A DNA stretch of 64,000 bases from Candidatus Levyibacteriota bacterium (GTDB lineage Bacteria > Patescibacteriota > Microgenomatia > Levybacterales > UBA12049), in assembly GCA_027459745.1 (NCBI GenBank), contig DAIDHL010000003.1:1125-65124 (forward strand), in the 5' to 3' direction. The position numbers were made by a program, and so were the translations under genes. The notes beneath the pieces are model-generated. The model was not told where the DNA came from, ran no database searches, and saw only the letters and a program-made list of their open reading frames with translations. Shown here piece by piece: positions 1-10,186 of the stretch. Every line of letters starts with the position of its first letter. Position 1 is the first letter of the stretch.

Positions 1-471
1 TTTACTGAATTAGCTCAATGTTCTTCTATAGATACCTATTTTGATAATATCGTACACAAGAAAAGTCCATTTAATCCAGGGACTGTTGCGAGTAGTGTGA
101 GAATTTTTAATATGAATGAAGATCCTAAATCTGACAATGTAGCATCTGATATGACAGTTGATTATAAACCAGAAATTGAAAAGGATTTATGGTTGTGGGA
201 TGTAAAAAAGAATGATAGGGGAACACTGGTTACTGTTGGCCTTGACTGGAATCTAGCAGTTATCACAGGTTCTGGAAAATCAGTTGAGGAAGCAGTAAGC
301 CGGATGTATAGAAATATTGACGGACTGAGTTTTGTTGGAGCTTATTATCGACCCAAGGATGATTATGTCTCACTTGATTATCAAACCTCTATTATAAACA
401 GGTTAAATTATGGGGTTGAAAGAGGACTTTATCAGCTTCCATTTACTGTTATAGTAGGAGAAATCAAATAA
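1..471 (+). CDS. C-terminal part of a PurD-like (phosphoribosylamine-glycine ligase-like) ATP-grasp protein, partial at window edge
   Basis: Frame is open from base 1; 'LAVITGSGKSVEEAVSRMYRNI...YYRPK' resembles the GARS C-domain. Confidence 0.5.
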   Translation, partial: FTELAQCSSIDTYFDNIVHKKSPFNPGTVASSVRIFNMNEDPKSDNVASDMTVDYKPEIEKDLWLWDVKKNDRGTLVTVGLDWNLAVITGSGKSVEEAVSRMYRNIDGLSFVGAYYRPKDDYVSLDYQTSIINRLNYGVERGLYQLPFTVIVGEIK

Positions 472-603
472 CCCCAAACCCTTTCTTTATTCATCTATCT
501 ATTTCTCATAGATTGTTAAAATACCTTTTACGTTTATCAATCTTCAGGTGATCTACATCACATAATATTTAATCTGATGATATTAGGATAATTGTATATA
601 CAT

Positions 604-2040
604 ATGAATAATAAAATATCCACTTGGGGAGGAGTAGAATTGTTAAAACTTATCTGGCTGGAAAATATTCCCTCTTATGCCAATAAAATCTATTACTCAC
701 TAGGTTTTCTCTCAATGATCTGCATGGTTCTGTTAGTTATTTCAGGAATAATTTTAGTTTTTGAAGGAGCTAATTGGTGGCTAACTAATCCGCTTGGTAT
801 ATTTGTGCGAAGTGTTCATTTATGGTCAGTTCAGGCTTTTGTAGTTTTTGTCATTTTTCACGGTCTGATCGTACTAATTACTGGAGGATATCGAAACCCG
901 CGCAGATTTGTCTGGGTAATAGGATCTTTAATGTTTTTTTTAGCCTTAATTGAAGCAGAATTTGGTTATGTCCTACGTGATGACTTTTCTTCACAATGGA
1001 GAAGCCTTCAGGGAGCAGATTTGTATAACGGAAGTGGACTTGGGATATTTATTAACAATTTAAATTATGCCCAGATCTATGGAATTCACATAGTCATCAT
1101 CCCCTTACTTATTTTATTTCTTTTATCTTTGCATTACGCTTTAGTAAGACTAAGAGGTATTGCTATACCATACAAAAAATCTGTTGGATACAAAATTGTG
1201 AAAGCAAATCATTTGTTACTCTTTTCACGGGGTATCGCTTTAGTCTTATTAATCTTTTTGTTAGCAAAAATCTTCCCTTCACCTATGTTAGCACCGGTTA
1301 CTATTAAACAAATTGCGTTACAAGATCCAAAACTTATGGCTGCAACACTCCTAGATGAGCTGATCTCCAATTCAGGTACTGCGACATATCTTGATAATAT
1401 CGATCCGTATCAGTTTGATACTAAAAAAATATATGTTGAACAACCATATTTACTTTGGCTAGGTACTCAGACTGATAAACTTGATATGCTGTATTTTTTT
1501 AATACAGAAAATAATCAAACCCAGGCTTTAAATATAAAGCTGGCAGAAAAATATTTTTCCGCGAATAAACCACTTAATACCATACCCGATACTCTTAATC
1601 CAGTAATTCCCCTAATAAGTACACTTGTTTTAATGGGTCAAAGCGGATTGTATGAATCAGTTTTAAATAATACCTCACTTACTCCAAACAATCCAACCTA
1701 TACATTACGATTTTTATCTGACACTGGAGTATTAGAAGATAAAGCCACTAATCTTGATATTACAACACCCCAATATGGAATGCTTCGCGAGGAAAAGGGA
1801 GTTATCCCTCCAGGCGCCTGGTGGCTGGCCCCATTGGGTTTTATGGATAATACCTTTTTACAAACTGATAACAATCAGGATCAACATGGGGCATATATTC
1901 TAGGCACCTTGATGCTACTGTTTATGGCATTTCCATATATTCCTGTTTTAAACCAGCTGCCTGATAAATTGGGTCTGGCTAAATTTATATGGAAAGATAA
2001 AAATACAGATTCAAAAGAAGATAGAGCAGCTAAAACATAA
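604..2040 (+). CDS. Cytochrome b/b6 N-terminal domain fused to a large extracytoplasmic domain
   Basis: Two His pairs (RSVHLWS...IFHG; YGIHIV...SLHY), W-x-x-G helix, multiple TM segments; ATG start MNNKIS at 604. Confidence 0.8.
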   Translation: MNNKISTWGGVELLKLIWLENIPSYANKIYYSLGFLSMICMVLLVISGIILVFEGANWWLTNPLGIFVRSVHLWSVQAFVVFVIFHGLIVLITGGYRNPRRFVWVIGSLMFFLALIEAEFGYVLRDDFSSQWRSLQGADLYNGSGLGIFINNLNYAQIYGIHIVIIPLLILFLLSLHYALVRLRGIAIPYKKSVGYKIVKANHLLLFSRGIALVLLIFLLAKIFPSPMLAPVTIKQIALQDPKLMAATLLDELISNSGTATYLDNIDPYQFDTKKIYVEQPYLLWLGTQTDKLDMLYFFNTENNQTQALNIKLAEKYFSANKPLNTIPDTLNPVIPLISTLVLMGQSGLYESVLNNTSLTPNNPTYTLRFLSDTGVLEDKATNLDITTPQYGMLREEKGVIPPGAWWLAPLGFMDNTFLQTDNNQDQHGAYILGTLMLLFMAFPYIPVLNQLPDKLGLAKFIWKDKNTDSKEDRAAKT

Positions 2041-2046
2041 TAACTA

Positions 2047-2769
2047 TTAACGACTGAGGTGAATGTGAACAAAACTCTCAGCATATTCCACGTTTATTTC
2101 TTTACCGATACGTCGTGCTCTTTCTTCCATAGTAGACCTGAATCCTTTGACATCATCGATTTGACTTTTATGCTCCATCAAAGCTTTAATCTTTAGATCA
2201 AAAGTGTATGTAATGTCTACTACATGATTTGCTCTTTTGCTGTTAAAACTAGTCAAAAGAACGTCATGAACGACATGAGATTTCAAACCCTGCTCCCATA
2301 AATCAGGGAAAGTTCTCGCGTTGCGGGCAAATGGAAAAACACTATCGAGTGCAGCATGTCCGGCCGCACGATGGTCAGGATGATTTATAAAGCCGATTTC
2401 TTCGTTATACAAAACGTCTGGGTCAGTACTAATAACCACCGCAGGTTTTAAAGTACGAATATAACGCACTATCAAATGCCGCACTTCTGAAGAGTTAACC
2501 AGTTCACCGTCCGTGAACCCACCAAAGTAAACGTGTTGAACTCCTAGAACTTTAGCCGCATTTTTTTGCTCTTCTTCCCTCATTGTGACTAACTTCTCAT
2601 CACTAATCGATAAATCTTCAGATCCTTTACTACCATCAGTCAAAATTAAATAGTACACTTTTGCACCTTGTTGAACAAATGCAGCAATTGAGCCGGCACA
2701 ACCAAAATCGATATCATCTGCATGAGCTACAACAGCCAAAATTGTTCTGTCCTTAACTTCTAAGATCAT
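2047..2769 (-). CDS. PIG-L/LmbE family deacetylase
   Basis: AHADD and HPDH metal motifs, LTDG. Confidence 0.9.
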   Translation of the reverse strand: MILEVKDRTILAVVAHADDIDFGCAGSIAAFVQQGAKVYYLILTDGSKGSEDLSISDEKLVTMREEEQKNAAKVLGVQHVYFGGFTDGELVNSSEVRHLIVRYIRTLKPAVVISTDPDVLYNEEIGFINHPDHRAAGHAALDSVFPFARNARTFPDLWEQGLKSHVVHDVLLTSFNSKRANHVVDITYTFDLKIKALMEHKSQIDDVKGFRSTMEERARRIGKEINVEYAESFVHIHLSR

Positions 2770-2999
2770 CCTCTAAATATAGCAAACAAGCTTAAGAATT
2801 TTGTAAGAATTACCTCGTTGAGTGTGATTTAGCTCACTGTTGTAGTCCGATTAATATGTTAGAGTGATTTCAGAGTGCGCTCCCCTTCAATCGCCCTCTT
2901 TCCAATTGACTTCCAGGGGAGCGCGCCTATTTCAATTTCTCCGCTTTCTAATTTTTTTTCTCTTGTATATACTTAATTTAGTAACAATATTATTATATA

Positions 3000-3100
3000 T
3001 TTACCAATGTATTGACTATTATCTTTACATTTATTCCATTTATCTTGTTTACAATTGTATTTACATATAACTTGACAAATAGCACTATCTTAACTATAAT
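3000..3100 (+). promoter_or_regulatory. Sigma70 promoter of fic-1 with upstream 12-bp-phased TT(T/G)AC repeat array
   Basis: TT(T/G)AC at 3000, 3012, 3024, 3048, 3060, 3072; TTGACA 3072, 17 bp, TATAAT 3095. Confidence 0.65.
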
Positions 3101-3106
3101 CTAAAT

Positions 3107-4159
3107 ATGTTCCAGCCTAAATTCAGCCTGACTTTTCCAATGCTTAATACCCTAAGCACCATTGAGCGGTTATATGGACATTTACTAGGAGAAAAGCTCA
3201 TACCCTCACTGGCGCTAAGGTTAAACCAGGAAAATCAGGTTTTAGCTACCCATTACTCCACCAGTATTGAGGGTAATCCGCTTTCCCCTCAGGACGTGAC
3301 AAATGTAGTACTGGGGGATAAGATACCAACCACTAAATCAGAAAAAGAAGTTAAAAACTATTTTCATACCCTTAATCATTTATTCGTATTAGCCAAAGAA
3401 GATCCTCATATCACAACTGATTTAACTTTAACCATACATAAACAACTTATGGAAGGATTGCTTGATCATGGAGTGGGGGAGTTTCGTGATGGATCGGTTT
3501 TTGTAGGACATAAAGACGGAGTCGAATACGTTGTGAAACATAATCCCCCTTTTCATACAAGCAAGGAAATTAGTCACGCGTTAGAAGAAATTTATGAGTG
3601 GGCTAATAAGAAAGACGAGCTACATCCTCTACTCAAAGCTGGTATTTTGCATCATCAATTTGCCTATATCCATCCTTTTTTTGATGGTAACGGACGTAGT
3701 GCCCGCTTATTAACAACCTTTTATCTTCTTATACAACACTATGAGGTAGTTAAATACTTTATTCTGGATGATTATTATGATATTGACCGTCATCTGTATT
3801 CGGACACTTTACATACGGCAGATAAGGGGGATGAGACAAAGTGGTTGGAATATTTCTTAGAGGGAATTGCTAACTCATTGCAAGGCGCAATATCACGTAT
3901 TGATGAATTGAATAAAGTCAACTTGGAAGAAATAACCGGGGAGAAAAGAGTTTTAGTTTCTCAACGTGAGGAAGAGGCTCTACAAATAGTGATTGATAAA
4001 AAAGCAGTTAAATCCTCAGACCTAGAACAAGCTTTTGATGTTACCCGTCAACAAGCTCACGCATTACTTTCTTCGTTGGTTAAAAAAGGGTTGTTAACCA
4101 AATACGGAAAAACTAAAACAAGTTATTACCGATTACAAGGCAGTCCTGAGGTGAAATAA
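3107..4159 (+). CDS. Fic family protein (class II) with C-terminal winged HTH
   Basis: HPFFDGNGRSAR, inhibitory STSIEGN, C-terminal wHTH. Confidence 0.9.
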   Translation: MFQPKFSLTFPMLNTLSTIERLYGHLLGEKLIPSLALRLNQENQVLATHYSTSIEGNPLSPQDVTNVVLGDKIPTTKSEKEVKNYFHTLNHLFVLAKEDPHITTDLTLTIHKQLMEGLLDHGVGEFRDGSVFVGHKDGVEYVVKHNPPFHTSKEISHALEEIYEWANKKDELHPLLKAGILHHQFAYIHPFFDGNGRSARLLTTFYLLIQHYEVVKYFILDDYYDIDRHLYSDTLHTADKGDETKWLEYFLEGIANSLQGAISRIDELNKVNLEEITGEKRVLVSQREEEALQIVIDKKAVKSSDLEQAFDVTRQQAHALLSSLVKKGLLTKYGKTKTSYYRLQGSPEVK

Positions 4160-4163
4160 TTTA

Positions 4164-5714
4164 TTACATTTCAATTGGCTCATTATGACGAGCATGAATA
4201 TCAGCTGCATGCTGTCTATAATCAGCTACAAATAATGCAGAAATTCCACCCGCAAAGGTAATGATAGATGCCCAGAAAAACACTACAGTATAGGCCGATA
4301 CGTTAGCTTGCACTTCCATTAAACTCGCTACAGTTTGTAAGGTGGTTGGAACTGTTGTATTGATCTGGGAGAAATGCATAATATTATACATCTGTGAATA
4401 GACGCTATTTGTCAAAATAGTCGCAAAGATTGCTGTACCAAAAGCTGCAGAAATATTACGTGCTAGGGCTAAAACTGAAGATGCGACACCAACTTCTTCA
4501 ATGGGAACAGTACTAGTAGCGGCTTGGGTCAAAGTAGGCAAGCCGGCACCTAAACCTGCTGCTAATAAAAATAAAAGTCCTGCTATATGCCAGAAACTCC
4601 AACGGATATCCAAGCCAGTAAATTGATACATCACAAATGCAGCCCAAAACATACCAACAGCAGTTAAGTATTTACCAGGCATTACCTGTGATAATCTTGC
4701 ACCCATTTGGGCTGAGATCATCATACCAAAAGCCATTGGTATAAAAACATAACCCGATTTGGTCACTGAATATCCTAAATAAGTCTGAACGAAAAGTGGA
4801 ATAAGAAAAATTCCACCAATCATACCCATGAATGAAATAAAAGAGGTGATAATAGCAGCGGTAAATGAGGGAATTTTAAAAAACTTTAGATCAACCACGG
4901 GTTCTTTTTGTCTTCTTTCATACCAGATAAATAAGTACCCAGATACTGCAGTAACAATGTAGCTCAAAACGCTGGCTTCGCTGCCCCAACCCCAGGTCTG
5001 GCCCTGATCCAGCACCAAAACCATAGTACCCAAACAAATACCTAATAATATAGACCCCTCATAGTCAAAATGATGTAGACCTTTAAATTCCTTGACAGTT
5101 TCTTTTATAAAGCGCATCGCCATAAAAGTACCCAGGGCGCCTAAGGGGACATTGACATAAAAAACAGACCGCCAGCCAAAAGTATCGATCAAAGGACCAC
5201 CTAATAATGGACCAAAAATAATAGCGGCAGCAAAAATGGCAGACCACATGCCCATGGCCATAGCGCGTTGCTTGGGTTGGGGGAAATTATACGCAATGAT
5301 TGATAGTGCAATAGGGTAGTCGATTGAAACTGTTATTGCCTGTAAAACGCGGAAGAAAATAATGGCAGGAAAATTCCAAGCCAGACCAGCAAGCATAGAA
5401 GTCAAAGTAAAACCGATAATACCTGCAAGATATAGTTTTTTACGCCCAATCATGTCACCCAGCTTACCAAATACTGGTACAAAAACTGCGTTAGCGATTA
5501 TATATGCTGTGGAAATCCAGCTAGCTTGTGAAATAGTGATACCAAAATCAGAGATAATTTTGGGCAACGCTAAATTCACAATACTACCATCCAGGCGACC
5601 CAAAAAACTAGAGATCATGACCGTTGCCAAAATCATCCATTGAAGAGAAGTAAAACCTTGTTTGGCTTCTTCTTTGACGGGAACTTGAGTTGTAGGTATT
5701 TTTTTCTTAGCCAT
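4164..5714 (-). CDS. DHA2/EmrB-QacA family MFS efflux transporter
   Basis: 14-TM pattern; LDGSIVNLALP, GKLGDMIGRK, WRSVFYVNVP motifs. Confidence 0.9.
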   Translation of the reverse strand: MAKKKIPTTQVPVKEEAKQGFTSLQWMILATVMISSFLGRLDGSIVNLALPKIISDFGITISQASWISTAYIIANAVFVPVFGKLGDMIGRKKLYLAGIIGFTLTSMLAGLAWNFPAIIFFRVLQAITVSIDYPIALSIIAYNFPQPKQRAMAMGMWSAIFAAAIIFGPLLGGPLIDTFGWRSVFYVNVPLGALGTFMAMRFIKETVKEFKGLHHFDYEGSILLGICLGTMVLVLDQGQTWGWGSEASVLSYIVTAVSGYLFIWYERRQKEPVVDLKFFKIPSFTAAIITSFISFMGMIGGIFLIPLFVQTYLGYSVTKSGYVFIPMAFGMMISAQMGARLSQVMPGKYLTAVGMFWAAFVMYQFTGLDIRWSFWHIAGLLFLLAAGLGAGLPTLTQAATSTVPIEEVGVASSVLALARNISAAFGTAIFATILTNSVYSQMYNIMHFSQINTTVPTTLQTVASLMEVQANVSAYTVVFFWASIITFAGGISALFVADYRQHAADIHARHNEPIEM

Positions 5715-5797
5715 AGGGAATTTAAGATAAAAGGGGAAGGACTAAAGTTTAAGGGATATTCTTCCTTAAACCCATCTACTTACACCTTATACCTGTC

Positions 5798-6436
5798 TTA
5801 ATGTGTATTTGTAAAGACAGTCAGCTTGGCCGACATTCCATTCTTGATGGCCGTATATGCGGCAGCGTTGAAGCGAGCGTAAACAACAAACTGTTGTGTA
5901 GGACGCTCTGTTGAGATAGAGAACGCTAGCTGAGTTTGTTTAGCTGTTGGAGAAACTTCATCAACATAACCCCAGAAAGTTTTCCCTGGCAACGCATCCA
6001 CTGTGAAAGAAACAACCTGCCCGACTCGAACATCGCTTAATCCTTTATTTTCATCAATAGTACCAGCAACTCTTAGTTCAGAGGGTTGTATCATCTCAAT
6101 AACTGGGTCGGCAGCTGATACGGTACTACCAATCTGGGTATTTGCCATGACTATCTCACCATCAGTCTGAGCTGTTAGAGTCTGAGTTGAAGTAACTGCA
6201 AGTTGATCGCCTTTCTTAACATATTCACCTTCATACACATCAGTCTCTAGTAATTGGGATGGTTGATCAGGGGCAATACTAATTATTGGAGCCTGTATTA
6301 ATGAATTGTCTATAAAGACACGATTGCCAAGAAGTTCATATGCTAACCAACCTCCGACGACAAGAATGACAGCCAGGATAATAAATAGTATTCTTCTGAC
6401 TTTTTTATCTTTTAATTTAGAAAATAGTTTATTCAT
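5798..6436 (-). CDS. EmrA/HlyD-like membrane fusion protein (short)
   Basis: N-terminal TM, lipoyl-like and beta-barrel motifs. Confidence 0.8.
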   Translation of the reverse strand: MNKLFSKLKDKKVRRILFIILAVILVVGGWLAYELLGNRVFIDNSLIQAPIISIAPDQPSQLLETDVYEGEYVKKGDQLAVTSTQTLTAQTDGEIVMANTQIGSTVSAADPVIEMIQPSELRVAGTIDENKGLSDVRVGQVVSFTVDALPGKTFWGYVDEVSPTAKQTQLAFSISTERPTQQFVVYARFNAAAYTAIKNGMSAKLTVFTNTH

Positions 6437-6459
6437 AATATTTCTCCTGAATTTTAGTC

Positions 6460-7572
6460 TTATAATAATTGATATTTTTTACTGGCAATCTGCGCAGGGT
6501 TAATAATCAATTGATCATTACTGTTTAAGCCGTGCAGAATTTCTGTCATAGACCCATGTTGTTTACCAATTACAACTTTTTTTAATACTGTCTGACCACT
6601 TTCTTCTACCCAGACATATTGATTACCCAAGATTGTCCAAGTTGGAACTAACATAACATCACTACTTTCAGAACTAGTAATAGTCGCTACTCCTGTTTGA
6701 TCCATTTTGGCAAGGTTAGGCAAATTATTAACAGTGATATCTACTTGATAAACCGCTTGGCCATTAGACAATGTTTGCTTGTTGGGATAAATTTTGCTCA
6801 CAATTCCTGAAAGAGGGTATGACAAACCTGTAATTTGAATTGAAGCTGGAGATCCAACTGCCACAAAATCAATATCAGTCTCGTTTACATTTGCTCGAAA
6901 TATCAAGGAAGATAAATCTGCGACGGTAAAACCAGTAGCTGGAGTGACATTTTGACCAGCAACATTGACATCTTCATGTGTTATCACACCTGATATGGGT
7001 GTAGTCAGCGTTGACATTTGAAGGGCATAGTTAGCCAGCTGAACTTGGATTACAGAATTGTTAAGATTACTCTGATTTTCATCAACAATTCTTTTAGCTA
7101 CGTCATTTAGATAATTGGTGGCTGAGTTATCCGTATTATATGTGGCTATACCACCACCATAAAAATTATCCTGTCCGGCTGTAGTTCTTTGCGTGACACC
7201 TTTATCAGCATTTTGTTGTGCTTGATCAAATTGATCACGAGTACTTTTATAGTTATTCAAAGCTTGTTGTAGTTGCTGCTGTAATTGATAGGTGTCAAGT
7301 TGGGCAATAGTCTGCCCGGCTGAGACTTTATCTCCTTGCTGGAAGGGAACAGAGACTAATTTACCACCTGTTTGAAAATGCAGAGTAGCTTGGGTTTGTG
7401 CTGTTACTGCACCATTAGCTACTATTTGGGAAGAAACGTTTTTAATAGCCACACTATCAATCTTAGGAGTAGTCATGGCTGCTGTTTGTTGTACCAACGC
7501 CAGCGCTCCTGCTCCACAAAGGATACCAAATACTGCAATTATAATGAGTAATATTGTTTTTTTATTTTTCAT
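6460..7572 (-). CDS. Efflux periplasmic adaptor subunit (HlyD/MFP)
   Basis: GDKVSAGQTIAQLD, coiled coil, TPISG. Confidence 0.85.
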   Translation of the reverse strand: MKNKKTILLIIIAVFGILCGAGALALVQQTAAMTTPKIDSVAIKNVSSQIVANGAVTAQTQATLHFQTGGKLVSVPFQQGDKVSAGQTIAQLDTYQLQQQLQQALNNYKSTRDQFDQAQQNADKGVTQRTTAGQDNFYGGGIATYNTDNSATNYLNDVAKRIVDENQSNLNNSVIQVQLANYALQMSTLTTPISGVITHEDVNVAGQNVTPATGFTVADLSSLIFRANVNETDIDFVAVGSPASIQITGLSYPLSGIVSKIYPNKQTLSNGQAVYQVDITVNNLPNLAKMDQTGVATITSSESSDVMLVPTWTILGNQYVWVEESGQTVLKKVVIGKQHGSMTEILHGLNSNDQLIINPAQIASKKYQLL

Positions 7573-7996
7573 ACTCTTTTTCCAATTTAGCCACTAATGT
7601 TTCCATTATGGTGGTAAAATCTTTTCTTTGTTTATCTGATAATAAGCTTAGCATTTCTGACATTTTTTTGCGACGTTTTTCTATCGCTTCCACAACCAAA
7701 TGTTCACCGTCTTTAGTTAATGTTATATATACTAAACGACGATCCTTTTTATCATTTTGACGCTTAACTAGTTTTGATGCAACTAGTTTATCAATCATAC
7801 TGGTAGCTGTGGGAGTTTCAATTTGTAGATAGTCCGCCAAATTCTTCATATGTGTCTCTTTATTCTGAGATAAGTAAAAAAGTACATGCATTTGATGCAT
7901 AGTCAAATCACAAGAGAGCTTTTCATAGCTCAAACGATGCTTCATCAAGCGGAAAAGTCTAAAAAATAGTTCATCTACTGTATTATTAGTATTCAT
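7562..7996 (-). CDS. MarR family transcriptional regulator
   Basis: wHTH with DKKDRRLVYITLT. Confidence 0.92.
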   Translation of the reverse strand: MNTNNTVDELFFRLFRLMKHRLSYEKLSCDLTMHQMHVLFYLSQNKETHMKNLADYLQIETPTATSMIDKLVASKLVKRQNDKKDRRLVYITLTKDGEHLVVEAIEKRRKKMSEMLSLLSDKQRKDFTTIMETLVAKLEKEYEK

Positions 7997-8001
7997 AATA
8001 G

Positions 8002-8050
8002 TTAGATTATCTAATGATTAGATTATATAATCTAATCAGTGGTCTGTCAA
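8002..8050 (-). promoter_or_regulatory. marR promoter overlapped by palindromic operator(s)
   Basis: Perfect 24-bp palindrome TGATTAGATTATATAATCTAATCA 8015-8038 over the -10; second TTAGATtATCTAA 8002-8014; -35 TTGACA on minus strand at 8045-8050, 17-bp spacer. Confidence 0.8.
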
Positions 8051-8141
8051 GTGCTAGACCTAATTAATTTTCATTACCTAAGTTCCCAATTCTGTATTCG
8101 CTCTTCTTGCCTGGTGTTCAAAATTCAGATAGAATTAGCCT

Positions 8142-9068
8142 ATGAAGTGGCTAATTTCTCTCATAATAATTGTAGTTGTTGTAGTAGCCTTATTAATACC
8201 GGGGAGTAGAGATTACTTAAATAATCTAACCTCAGTTTCTCCCTGTGATTCGCCACTAACATATAAAATAGGCAGTATTGACTCACGTTTCGGCCTTTCC
8301 AATACAGAAGTAAGTAACGACATCGATGAGGCGACATCTTTATGGTCCAATGCCGAAGGTAAAAATCTCTTTGAAGAAAGCCCCAAATCTCAAATGACGG
8401 TTAACTTTATCTACGATCAAAGACAACAACTCGATACCCAAATTCAAAATTTACAGTCACAACTTAACAGTAAAAATCAGAACCTTCAACAACAAATAAG
8501 TGCCTATTATCAGCAATCTGCCCAACTAAAACAGCAAATTGCCCAACTCAATGCACAAATCCAATCTTGGAATGATAAAGGAGGCGCTCCAGCAAGTGTT
8601 TATGATCAACTGATCCAGCAACAGAAAAATTTGCAAAATGAGGCTAATCAACTTAATCAAACAGCCAAGCAGCTTAATCTTTCTACCAATGATTACAATT
8701 CCCAAGTTCATAATCTTAATCAGGATGTAAATCAATTTAATGCAACTTTGAGTATAAAACCAGAAGAGGGACTTTACGATCCAAATAACGATACTATTAC
8801 TATCTACTTTGCTTCCAATCACGATGAGCTTATACATACTTTAACTCACGAATTTGGACATTATCTTGGTATGGGTCATGTCCAGGATCCCAATGCCATT
8901 ATGTATGCTTACTCAACATCAAATCTTAAAATTACACAGGATGACATAAATGAATTACACTATGTTTGTAGAAAGCAGGATGTATTTGTTCTGTGGCTTT
9001 ATGATTTTAGAGTATATTTACATCAAACTATTCAAAATCTGCAAAATCAAACTTCCACTACCAATTAA
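8142..9068 (+). CDS. Matrixin-family (M10) metalloprotease with coiled coil, membrane-anchored/secreted
   Basis: HEFGHYLGMGH zinc motif, Met-turn AIMY, N-terminal hydrophobic segment. Confidence 0.85.
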   Translation: MKWLISLIIIVVVVVALLIPGSRDYLNNLTSVSPCDSPLTYKIGSIDSRFGLSNTEVSNDIDEATSLWSNAEGKNLFEESPKSQMTVNFIYDQRQQLDTQIQNLQSQLNSKNQNLQQQISAYYQQSAQLKQQIAQLNAQIQSWNDKGGAPASVYDQLIQQQKNLQNEANQLNQTAKQLNLSTNDYNSQVHNLNQDVNQFNATLSIKPEEGLYDPNNDTITIYFASNHDELIHTLTHEFGHYLGMGHVQDPNAIMYAYSTSNLKITQDDINELHYVCRKQDVFVLWLYDFRVYLHQTIQNLQNQTSTTN

Positions 9069-9203
9069 GAATTAATTTTATATTAAAATGATGAATTTAG
9101 TTCTAAATAATTCTTCTCATCTAGGTCTTTTAGTTTTTACTCAAATTAATAAGTGAATTGGCCGCCTGTGCATCAGTATACAGATGTCAGTACGGCCAAA
9201 CTC

Positions 9204-9692
9204 CTAATTCCACAACCATCTTGTATGACTTTTATCACCGCTGGAACAGAATATGCCATGATATGGTTTACCACCTTTGGTGGTACCTTTCTTTTCTGAT
9301 GCTTGAGCACCACAGACTTCACATGTCACTCTTTCTACTTCTGGTGTGATGTCAATTTTAGGAGAATTTGCACGGAACATCTCGTCCGCTGAAGCTATTC
9401 CTTCAATGACCCCATATCCAGCAAATCCCAAAGCTCGACCAACTGCAGAGGTCTCTGCTACCTCATAAGGATTCTCTTTTTCAATTACTCGCGAAGAATC
9501 AAGATTTACTGAACTGATGCCAGTAAAAACTTTACCTCTTATCGTAACTTTGGCTTTAATGACCACTGGATTGTGCGAGAGAACTTCGGTTTCTACACTT
9601 TCCAAAGCTTTTTCCTCATGACCTAATTCAATTCTTTTGGCCACTGTCATATAATCTTTCCCATGTATTTGTACAATTCCACTGTTATTCAT
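9204..9692 (-). CDS. Phage-type Rad52/Sak-like single-strand annealing protein with C-terminal Zn ribbon
   Basis: YMTVAKRI...AETSAVGRALG...IASADEM; CEVC...C..H tail; start at 9692 after GGAGGTGA. Confidence 0.6.
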   Translation of the reverse strand: MNNSGIVQIHGKDYMTVAKRIELGHEEKALESVETEVLSHNPVVIKAKVTIRGKVFTGISSVNLDSSRVIEKENPYEVAETSAVGRALGFAGYGVIEGIASADEMFRANSPKIDITPEVERVTCEVCGAQASEKKGTTKGGKPYHGIFCSSGDKSHTRWLWN

Positions 9693-10186
9693 ACTCTTCA
9701 CCTCCTCTCTGTCCCAAACTATCTCTCTTACCATGTGAGGATTTAAACCTCTTAAGCAAACTAGAATAGTTTGGATCGTCTTCTGTCAAATAAAATCAAT
9801 GCAATTATCGAGATATGAAGCTTGCTTATGGGGAAGAGTAGTTATTTCCAGACCCAATCTACTTATTCTTATCGCAAGAAAAATGTAGTTATACCTTCCC
9901 AATCTGATAGCAAAACTTGCGATATTCGTTAAATTCTTTCCTAAGATATCACTAATTATTTACTATTGCAAGCAGATCATTATAACTATACTATACGGAC
10001 TCCATCAGGCACTTAATTATAATTTTCATATTACATATCGTAGCACTATATTTTTATATAAAAGACTATTTTGTATTAATTACTGTAACTAAAACAAAAA
10101 TTTATCATATTTTGCTAAACTTAATAAACATTTACAACTCTCACACACAAACCCTAATATTTAACCCATATAATCTGCAACGTATT

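Noticed and set aside
2864-3070. 68-aa ORF upstream of fic-1
   Set aside because: Low-complexity translation of the promoter repeat region
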